A DNA stretch of 64,000 bases from Catajapyx aquilonaris (taxonomy: Eukaryota): the NCBI GenBank assembly GCA_000934665.2, contig KZ538021.1:62001-126000 (forward strand), read 5' to 3'. The notes under the pieces were generated by a model, which did not search any database, was not told where the DNA came from, and saw nothing but the letters and a program-made list of their open reading frames with translations. The position numbers and the translations under genes were made by a program. Below are positions 14,739 through 25,510 of this stretch, in pieces (the first letter of the stretch is position 1; every line of letters starts with the position of its first letter).

Positions 14739-15106
14739 CAGGGAGCATATACTACATATATAAGAGGCGCAAACATTCGATTTCCGCGTTCTCTGTTTGG
14801 GCCGTTGCCAAGGCTGGCGGCCATTTTGAAGTGTGGGCAACGCCAACGAGGTATAAATAGAGTACAGGCAAAAATGGGGTCCGCCATCTTTGATTCGCGC
14901 GTGTTCTTGCCGTGTAGTTGCGATGGCCGCCAAAACCATCAAAGATGGCGGACCCTATTTTTGCCTGTACCCTATTTATACCTCGTTGGCGTTGCCCACA
15001 CTTCAAAATGGCCGCCAGCCTTGGCAACGGCCCCAAACAGAGAGACGTGAACATCAAAGACGCCGACAGAAGTTTGCGCCTCTTATGTAGTATATTATGC
15101 TCCCTG
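14739..15106. mobile_element. Fold-back MITE-like element with long inverted repeat
   Basis: Outer arms CAGGGAGCATA...AAGAGGCGCAAAC at 14739-14774 and 15072-15106. Inner arms of about 105 bp (14790-14894 and 14938-15043) differ at only about 3 positions, with a 43-bp loop. No clean TSD. Confidence 0.75.
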
Positions 15107-17899
15107 GCACTGCGTCAGCGCACGTAATATATTGTTCAAATTGGCCATTATTCCAATCTAAAATTTAAAGCCTAAAAAATTCTAATATTAGCAGCTAATA
15201 ATAACTGATACATGTAGCTACTACTAAAATAGCCGTTTAAGAATAAGCAGGTAGTTTAAATGTCATTTTTTTTGCCTATTCGCTCCACTTATCAGCTTAA
15301 AAACAACCATTTTAACTGTAAATTCGACTCGAGCAATGTATCATACATAGGCCTACTACGCATTGTTTTTATTCACTGATTGCTTCAAGGCATGACCGTG
15401 ATTTTTTCGCACCTGTCTGTAAACAGTTTGCCATCATTTCTGTCTCTCCCCCCCACCCACCTTTATGTATACCTCGAATGGTGTGTATACGCATGATAGA
15501 GTTATGTATGGGTCCCATCAGAGAGTAATTACGTGGCAGCGTTGAGAACAGTTTTCTGGGAGTTGACGAGATTTATCGCTTCTGTGGAAGAGCAGTCATG
15601 CATGCCTAATATCTCCCAGCGCCTGTAAATTAACCAACGGCGGCGTAACGCTCATATTTATGTGAAAACCGTGCAATTATGAATTTCCGTATAGAAAAAA
15701 AATTTATTTAAAAAACTGGGCGTTACGGATTACATGTAAAAATGCGCTGAAATTAATGATAGTTCGTCCCCTTAATGCGCTTTTTTCATTGCTTTTTTCC
15801 TGCTTAATAAAGAGATTTTTAGTGAGCTTAGGCTGTGTAAATATGAAAATTAGTCTCCACCCGGATCCACACTGGGACAGGAAAATCTGAAGAGGGCTAT
15901 AATACTTCATTTGTCATCTGAAGTTTTCTTAGGGTCCAACAATTCCACTTGATTTTTTTTTTTTGGAGTTGAAAAGTCCCATCTCCTTTCTCTCTAATGT
16001 GGTGCCATTATACACTGTGTCCACACAATTTGGCAGCTTTTACAGTTTTACAACCTTTGAGTAAGGGTTGTAATGTGGTCACGAAGGAAGATGAGCAGAG
16101 GCTGGGCCTCTTTTTGACGCCGTTTCTTGATATCCTGCCCTCCCTCCATCGCCACTTTTTTGCCCCCAATTTTCCGTTTTTTATGTACTATATAAGAGGG
16201 GGGAGGACTTTGATATGAGCTATAGTCATAATGGGAATGAGGGGGGAGAAAAAGCGACAATTTATGCCTTCAGATGACATCGAGAGTCGCTGTAATTCGG
16301 CACCAATTCCGAAGAGGAAGTTTGGATCGACTTGCCTTTATGAACTTGTTTGAAAAACCTGTTAAAATAAATTACACCACAGCCATCCTTGAGTCGGGAG
16401 ATAAATTTAATAGCCCATTAAATCGTACGGTTACCGGAGCAGCGCCATAAATGCAATGTGTCTGTGATGACCTAAAAAATACCTTGTGATAATGACTGTT
16501 ATGAACCCAATGAGGTGATGTGATGCAAATACAATGTGTTAGACCATGGTTATATTGCGTCAGCCGATACATATAGTAGCACTTGTCATGCGAGAGAATT
16601 TGCTGCTTTTCACTTTCACTGGTTTACTGGAGCAACATATTATATCAGGCGCGATTAGAATCATAAAAAGGCGACGATTTTAAAACGTAATTATGAAGAA
16701 GTGTGTCATAGTTGCAACTGGTCAATAATAGAAATGCTGTGTTTATAATGCACTAAAATACTTAGGTGTACTTAGTGTGTAGGTCGTATATTGCAGAGTG
16801 AAAATTTCTCTCCTGCATGCAGGCAACACTTCGCACAGTCCCGTTTGTCCCCAGAAGCACTGTTTTTCGAAGCGAGGACAAAAGAAATTAATATTGTGCT
16901 ACTCTCCATATTTTAATATCTTTGGGCAATGTCATACGACTGCGTACAACTAACACAATAATTACAACTTCACTGTGCGTTATGCAAATGCAAATCACGA
17001 CCTTAGGTATATGCCATGTTATCCACCTCTCCGTGTCATATACTCTTCATTTGTTATTCCATTGTAATGAATCCCTCCATTCGGAACAAACACGCGCATA
17101 ACAAGGCACTTTTTGTCAACCGTTTTCACTCGAAGGTTAATGATAAGAAATGGAGGCTGACCGCATGTATGGCTGGGATGAAGATGATGATGATGATGAG
17201 CATCCTCCTGAGCTCACGCGACCAGTCCGCCTGCCTACGAATTAAATCATGCTCACACGCAGAGAAGACATGTCCGCACTCTAATTCCCAATAAAAGGTG
17301 ATAGCGTGTATCCGTTTGGGAAAAAAAGGAAAGCAAAAGAAATAAAGGGGGGATCTTTGGAGGGGTTGGCTGGATTGGAGTCAGGTGGACCTGACTGGTA
17401 TGGAAAAGAATGTGAGAGAAAAGTGATGGATGCCGTCCCGCCTTTGACGGCCGGAATGCCAAGGGCCGCGTGATTGAAGGAGGAATTTGTGGCCATTTGC
17501 TGGGCCAATGTTGCCTGCCCGACTGCCTAATGGGACGGATCGTTAGTCCGGGAGCTCTTCATTTCCACCCCATCTTACTCGGCTGCTGGATACATACACA
17601 CACACACGCTGACTCTCCGAGATATACCCTGCTCTGCACGTCCCTGTCATCTGCACCCTCGTTATTGATTACACGGCTCAACTTTCATCTATCTTCCTGC
17701 TCACCATAGGTTTTTTGTTGTCGAAGACTAAATTGGGACAAGTAAAAACGTAAGATGAGTGCAGCATGACAGAGTAGGCGGAATTAGTAGCTGCACGTAC
17801 AGAAAGTACATGGTCTGAAATTGGCGGGATGATGTTGAAAACAAGGATGAGTCAGAGAATGTTATAGCAAGAACCGTGGTATTGAGAATGTATACGGAA

Positions 17900-18200
17900 G
17901 GTTGTGCTTGGTGCGGCTTAATAATCTGGAAATGAAATATTGGTTCGAATGCATCGAAAAAGCAATACTGCATCTTCAGGATGATACCGGTACCATGTGA
18001 ATGGCAGAATAAATATTGTCGACACCATTTCAAGAACGAGATTTGTAATGATAACACAGTTTTTGTAAGTTAAGATTTTGTAGTTGAAGATATGTAATTG
18101 TTTCAGTTGAAATTTGTAGTTGCATGGCTGAAAATAGCATTATGAAGTATCAACATGTATGACTGATCGCCATGGTGTAACCTGATACTGTTTCTCGAAG
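17900..18200 (-). mobile_element. Highly degenerate mariner transposase 5' fragment
   Basis: Broken frames give RSVI...ISTETI...LSLQISFLKWCRQY, resembling the mariner N-terminal HTH (RSVIRFL...EIH...LS...V.KWCRQF). Boundaries are approximate. Confidence 0.35.
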
Positions 18201-21200
18201 AAATCACCTCCATCGTATATAGCGACCAGTTGTGGTTATCTGAAGCAATGTGATCTCTTCCGTGCAGCAAACCTGGAGAAACAACTCGAGTCCCCCAGGT
18301 TAACTAAACATCCCCAGTGGAAATAGTGATCGAGCCGGCAGATATTTCGGACTTGATCGATCGGTCTCCGTCAGTGTGGTCTCCGTTATACATGAAAACC
18401 GATCCTACACATTTGGGAGGCGGTCGTTGGGGGTTCGGGGTATATAGACTACCATGCAAGCAGGACCCATTTGTTTATGGTGCGTTTCCCCTCCTTTATC
18501 GGACCCGATCTGGGTTGTGCCGGGGATGGGCCTGGGTGTTTGCGAGTCACCACCGATGCACGACCGGCAGGTGGGCCATTCCATCCAACTCTTTTACACT
18601 CTTCTCCCTTTTTTATATAAAAAAACTCCCCTAGATGGCATCCTGGAAGCTCAAAATCGTGGCCAAAAATGGCGCAAACTTGGCGCTTGAAGAGCATTAT
18701 AAGCGCCCTCCCCAATTTCTGGTTTCTATTCTTCCCCCTTCCCCCTACCCTGGGTGATTATGGGGAGGGTCGGGGGGACTATATTATAAAAGGGCTGTCT
18801 CGTTTGCAAAGCGGCTGGTGATTAATTGGTGAATGGAAGCGAGTAAAATGGGGAGGGTGAACTGCGTCGCTGATTGGCCCTCGGGGGCTTTCCAGATGAC
18901 TCCATCACAAGAGATGAAGAGAGAGGGGGGATGCTGCGAAAACCGGGACTTGAATCTCAACCGACGCCAGTGAACCCCTCCCTAAAAATGGTGACCGTTT
19001 TGCATGTCCGGAAAAAAGAGACGCCATCTTGTAAGCTCTGCTTCAAGGCGCAATAATTTCTCGAGCCAGCGACGTCGACGAATCAGAATTAGCGTTTATT
19101 CTGCCTTCTTAAAGAGCGGTAATGCTTATCCGGAAGGAGGGCTATCAATCACTGAAATCGTCGTGGGTGAAGGGTACGACCGGAGGCTGGCGAAAATGCG
19201 ATGTTCAACAGTCATGAATAGAAAAGCCATTGTTCGCATTTTAATGACATTCATTGTATATACATCCACTCTTTACATTCACAAAAGGGAATAACATCTA
19301 TGACTGTCGCATAAACGTGGGGCCGGTCATTTTTACCAAAAAAAGAGGACAACATAATGTTCGAATCCAGAAGATTTTTGAATTTTTGTATGTAAAATAA
19401 AATACCCCAAAAAAACAACCGGGCACGCAATTTTCTCAGCGGGATTGACAGTAATGACCACCTAATGGGGGGAGCTGCAGGTGAAATGACTGGAATGTGG
19501 CTGGATTTATAGTTTTTGTGTGTGTGTGTGTGTCTTGTGTAGTTAAAGCGTTGTTTGGTTTTCTCCCATATTTGCCCCCAACGGGACAGTCCTTGAACTT
19601 TTCCATAAGAGCATCCATATCTTGTTCAAACAGGCATTTACAACATCATAAATTAATTCACCTCGTCAAGGCCTTCTGCTTAATTTTCTCTGTACAAGAA
19701 TGAATACTGAGTTTGACTCTGGGAATTGAACCTTTATGCGCCCGAGGACCAAAACTTGGTGCAAAAGAGTTTAATTTTTTTTTCCACGAATGTATAGCCG
19801 GAAGGAAACCTGTTGGTATTAATAACTCTGCTGCGCAAATAAGCGCTCGTTTTTATTCAGAGTCGCCAGAAGGAACCCTTTTTATGCTTAGTGCTTAGGC
19901 GTAATTAACTTCTCATTTACAATGTTCCGGCGTCAAATATTGCGCTTTTTTTTCCTCCTCTCTCTCGTTCCACACAGACTTTTTTTTCCTCCAGCGCTCA
20001 AGGTTCATCATCGTTCATTCCCTTGCGGCAAAAGTTGCGGACATAAATCCAGATAGAGAATGGGGGCGGATAAAAAGGAAATGAGTACATCTTTTCCACG
20101 CCGCCGACGACACTCAGAAACACAGGAATCGGGCGTCTCCGAAAAGCACAACTCCGGTTAACTGTAACGTGTTCACACAACAATTCTTGGCACATCTAAT
20201 GATGGACTTTTATGATACAAAAATGCGGACCGCTCAAACAAAAGGCTGCGTATCACTCGATGATCGAGAGGGATCCACGTATGCACTTGTGATATCTATC
20301 TGCCAATATTGTTCATGTTGCTCAATTAAAGGGTGCACTCAAAAGATTTTAAAAATCACCAGTGCGATGTCGATTACAGATGGGAACAAAAGAAAGAAAT
20401 TGTAGGGTGCTCCGGAAATGAAAATGTTCAAATTGCATGACATTGTCATGCTGGTTGTAATGTGGAATTCAAGGAGGATAAATTCGTAACATTTGGTCTC
20501 TATGGTAGGCTACTGCCAAAATAACATGTTTGTGCGATTTTCTTATATATAATTACACCACAGATACAGCAGAATTTGTATTTGGTCCCGTGTAAAAAAT
20601 TAATATGTTTATGTTGAATGTGACGTACACGGCGGGAATTTTTTACGGAACAAAAAGAGGTAGGCTGCACTGTAATATTTGCTTAAAAATTTTCTCTCAG
20701 AAATGTTGAAATGGATGTTACATGTAGCCAGTTGTGACAGATCAAAAATACGGAGAAAATTTCGGATACCTATAATCCTATATGGACTAAGTCGGAGATT
20801 TTCATTAATTTGGGTTATTGATACAACTTGGCCTAAGTTTACTGTGAATCTTGGACATTTGAACACCACATTACTTTGAGTTTGTCTTGTTTTGCACAAA
20901 CAGAGGTGAATTTCAGATTATGGTTTGTATTACTGCGACTTTAAATTTTTAATATTACAGATATCACAAGTGTTATGCTTCATTTTTTTTACTGTACAAG
21001 CGAGTGATACGTGCCTTTTTTAATCGAGCGCTCTACAAATAGGAGTCATTATTTTTTCCACATACCTATGTTACGCGGACTTTAAATAGTTTTAAGCTGC
21101 AATATTGTACAAGAACAGTAATGTACACAGTGGTGGGGAGGGCTTTTTATGGCACATGTAAACTACACACTGACGCATGAACGAAAAACTGCATGAAAAG

Positions 21201-21345
21201 CGGATCTGACTGGGACAAAATATGGCACGATAGAAACACTGGGATTTGATGAAAACAAGTCAGCCATATTTTTTTCCATTTTTTTTAGAAATCATCTCAG
21301 TTGTCAAATGTTTTTCCGCCATTTCTCAGTTGTTGTATTATATCC

Positions 21346-21576
21346 TCAAGTGTCAGTTCCGCTGCTGGAGGAATCATGGTCTCTCAGGTCTTCTTTGGAG
21401 TCGTGTTCCATACTACCACTGCTGCCACCCTCCTGTTTCCATTTGGGGTTGTGGTGAGGTGAGGAGTCGCCACTCTTGGGCGTCGGTGACCCACCAGAAG
21501 TGGACTGGGCTTTGGCTTCCTCCTCCTGCTGCATCCTCTTGTGCTTCGTCCGCCTGTTCTGGAACCACACCTTCAC
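21346..21576 (-). CDS. Emx: Emx coding exon 3 (homeodomain helix 3, C-terminus and stop)
   Basis: Acceptor ttttgtgcAG, phase 0. It encodes VKVWFQNRRTKHKRMQQEEE...SPHHNPKWKQ...GTDT*. The spliced CDS is 580+173+231 = 984 nt, giving 327 aa. Confidence 0.97.
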   Translation of the reverse strand: MKVWFQNRRTKHKRMQQEEEAKAQSTSGGSPTPKSGDSSPHHNPKWKQEGGSSGSMEHDSKEDLRDHDSSSSGTDT

Positions 21577-24500
21577 CTGCACAAAACGAGACAAAAAACA
21601 GAACCCATATCAGCACATGCTCCATAAAACTGTTTGTATATAAGATACGTCAAATCCGCGAATAAAAACAGTGCGGCTTTTTCGACTTCCTCGACAAAAG
21701 TGTCGTCGAGACCATCGGTTTGTTGTCGGTGGCAACGCCTTGCGAAAGTTTAATGTCTCGTGAATGACGATGGGTTGGGCGATGACTCCAAATAATCTTC
21801 CAAAAAAGGGGGGGTGGGAAAGAGAGAAAAAGTGTCTGGAGACCTTTATGGTGGTTGTGAAATGGGCCGGAAGGGCAGTCTTCGGGGGTGGGCGGAGGCT
21901 GTAATTTATTATTTATTATTAGTGCTCTGGAAGCGATGGGGGTTAGGCATTGGCAATGGGAGCCGCCAGGCTTTTCTTCCGTGAAGGGTGTAATGGGCAG
22001 CCTCCGACACGGCTTTTTGGCAGGAAGATGAACCTGATTTATCGCCGAATTGCGCTGGAATTGAAGCCCCCAGAGTTCGATCCACGCCACCCCCCCTGGT
22101 GCTGTACCACCCACCCCACACCCACCCACAGCAAAAGCCTGGCTTTATGAAGCGTGCAACGGAACCAGAGCTGACGAATGATGCCTCCTTCCGAAATATT
22201 TTCCTTTCACCACCTTCGACGGCGAAAAAACATCGATGTGGCACAAGTTGCTGCCGCATTGTTATTGCTATATATACAATACATTAGCAAGCAATCATTC
22301 TGACGTATGTACCGAAGCTTCCGTGTGCTGATGCAGACCACAAGTTGTATGTAAGAACAAAAAAAAATTATTCGAGTCTTCAATAAATATTTATCCTGTG
22401 CTTGAGGTGGACGCTTGGGCTTTGTGTGCACTGTATTGTACTGTTTGCTTATTGTTGTCGCATGCTTGCAAATGGTGAATCTAAAAATTTTGCTTGCCAT
22501 TTTTATGGGCACGTGTGTTTTATTTTTTGCGAACACTAATGAGTCTTGGTTCATTATAGGACGTAATTAATGTTGACAGTTACATTCAGGCAACAACATC
22601 ACATATGGAAAAATTGGACGGTTTTGTAATAAATGTTATCCTTCATCAGGCTTGTGTAGAAAACACTACATAATATCTCAGGTGCCGCAACATTGTATAA
22701 GTTGATGTAAGTTACACGCAGCACTTCTACTCAAAATATTGCAGCATATACTATGTTTAAAAAAGAAACCTCAACTATTACAGCAGAGTGAGGATGATTA
22801 CTTCACATCACGCGACGACGTTTAAATTATCGGTTAATTTGTTGATGGACGTGACCCTGAAATTGTCTCGCAGTTAGACAACATGTAAGTGATTCACCTA
22901 CGTATACTGCGCATTGAAGTTCCTGCGTGTAGGTTGATCGCTAATTAAGTCCAATTACATCACATTTATCGGATGATTACAAAGTTTTTGCATGCATAAA
23001 CAGTTGAACGCTTTTCTCAGAAGTAAAATGCAGATTCCGTGGATTCCACAGTCTGCCTCGATCAGCACCAAGGGTTTTCTGGCCTGACCAAGTTAGTGGC
23101 CTCATCATCAGGGGTTGGAAGCAGCCTTGATGACGATCGGCCATTGCTGGCCGATCCGAAATCTTGGCCCAGGCCAAAATGGGAGGAAGCAGCGCCATTT
23201 GGCGGCCAATGGATTTCCGGCTAATCCCTGTTAGCCGGAGCTGATCGCCGGGAAGGCTCCCCCAGCACGATCATATTTCAAGCCCGCTTGGAAAGAAGGC
23301 CTCATCAAGTTTATTGAGCGTGACTGGGGCCGGGCTCCATGTTATTGGCTCAAATGCGTCGGTCTAATAGCGACGGGGACTGCTGCTGATGTTGGCGGGG
23401 GAGGAGCCGAGTGGGGAGGGGGGGGGGGGATAATCATTTCATCGAAGCGGGCCAAATATCTTTTTGCGCCTCCTCTTTGTTTGTTCAGACTTTGTCAGCT
23501 CTAAGTTTACTTTTTTTTTTTTTTTTGGAGGGGGTATATACTCGACACACCCCCATTTCAAGATTTCTGGGGTGTGTTTCAACCCCACTCTGTTTTTGGA
23601 TCAATCTCTGTGAGAACCGCGGGATCGTCATCTGAAATAATATTGGGGACTGTTCATACTGATGGGCTCAGCAGGGGCGGATCGCGTTAATTAATTGAAT
23701 GATGCTCAGACAGCCTTACGCTTCAATAAGCGGCGGGGTTCGGCTGTAATATTTTTTTCGATATCATTTTGTTATATACAGCTCCCCTATAAAAGTAACC
23801 GAAAAATTGACAATAAAATGGTACAATGCACATGCTACCAGATGGCTTAATGTTTCTCGATTTATACATTATTTTGGCATTGATATTGTGAACGATCGTG
23901 ACATGTCATGATGGCTCATATTGCAACTGATATAGCAATAAACTGCATCTGTGGTGGCTTTGGCTCATTTCGTGACGATTATTTTCCCTTTACCGCATTG
24001 TTTGGCTGGTTCCCATCTGTCCACAATCAGTCAAGGATAAGCTGTGCATCAGATCTATACTGTTGGGCAACATACTGTAATTGGCCACGTCTAGCCATAC
24101 CATAGGTACGTTGCAATGGCGAGAAAAAAAAGCAGCAGCACGACTTGTTAGGAAGTAGAATGACACATATAAATTGAATTCATGGCACTTATTGCAGGTT
24201 GTCAGCACATGATGCACTTACTTATCCTTCATTGTTCATAACCAATAATAACAATGATGCGATGTAGTTTGTTGGAGTGAGAGCGTATAGATTAACGCAT
24301 TATTTCCTAGACTGGCCCAGTCATTAAGGGTGCGATTAGTCGCGGATTTGGAAGCATGAAGGCCCGCCCAGGATTGGATCGAGTCGGTTGAACATTGGCA
24401 AAACGGCGTCGGCGCGGCGCCACCCCCCTTCCTATACCATCCACATATATATTTCTCCCCCCTTCCCAAACACACTTCTTTTTTGTTTTGAAAAGTGGCA

Positions 24501-25107
24501 ACCTCTAAACTAGCAGACAGAAGTGGATAGCCCCGTGCAGTTAAGGGAGGGAAAGAGGCTCATTAATTAGGCGGCGGGCGAATTCGGGGTTAGGCCCTGC
24601 TACGCTGACATTGCTCAATGGCCCCGACACGCCGTTTGCTTGGGAGGCCATTTCACCACTTGGAAAATGAACACCCTCCACATCGCATTCGGAAACGCTC
24701 CTTTTTCAATGCGCCTCCACTTTTTTTATATACATACGACACCTATAGTTAACGCTATTATCCGCCCGATTGAGGCTGAGTAATAGTCCCAAACCAGTGT
24801 GTAAACAGGATAAGTAACTTATGATGCAGCAAGTGGGAGGGTCAGCTGTCACCACGAGGCATGACATAATGTCACAAGTTGCCAAGACACGGATTTAATA
24901 ATCTGGTCGGGGCGTTATTCTGAAACATGCCATCCAGAATCTCTTGCTGTCACTCAAGGGTTCGTCCTACGTAGTTGTCACCAAAAATGTCGTGTTTACC
25001 ATCTGGCCTTTTGGGCACGGTCATGAAGCGGACCACCCATCCGGAGGAAGATTAATTAGACGTCTATAAAGTCGTGGCTCACATATTTGGCCAAACTCTA
25101 GCCTTGA

Positions 25108-25510
25108 CATGAAACCAAAATGGCGGATTTGACTAGGCCTACGCCCGACACGTTTAAGCTAGGTTCTAACTGACAGTTCAAGTTATAGTTTGTAACAGGG
25201 TTTGTAAGGTACTTAGTAGATTATGTATATAGTTGGACAAACGTTAGGCCTAGCACGGTCCGCCATTTTGATTCCAATAGCCTACACATTGAAACCCAAA
25301 TGGCGGACTTGACTAGGCCTAACACCCGACAAGTTCAAGCCAGTTTTAAACTGACCGTTAAGAGCTGACGAGTTTGTTTGCACGGCAGTTAAACTAGATT
25401 ATATATTTGGACAAAGGATAAGCCTAGTCACCACCCGCCATTTTGATTTCGATGCTCATTGAGATCAAAATGGCTGACCGTGACTAGGCTTATCTTAAAA
25501 TGGCGGCTGA
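25108..25510. repeat. Tandem run of about 2.3 diverged ~170-bp MITE-like units with terminal inverted repeats (Emx intron 2)
   Basis: Units start at 25108, 25287 and 25457 with CATTGAAACCAAAATGGCGGA.TTGACTAGGCCTA-like sequence. The two complete units end in the reverse complement (TAGGCCTAG...CCGCCATTTTGATT.C.AT). Confidence 0.75.

Noticed and set aside
14655..15127. Several ORFs with near-identical peptides on both strands
   Set aside because: They are a by-product of the long inverted repeat, not genes.
19715..19735. tRNA/SINE B-box-like GGTTCAATTCCC on the minus strand
   Set aside because: No A-box at proper spacing and no cloverleaf could be built.
21008..21020. miR-124 seed match GTGCCTT near the Emx 3' end
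   Set aside because: It is on the plus strand, antisense to the Emx mRNA.
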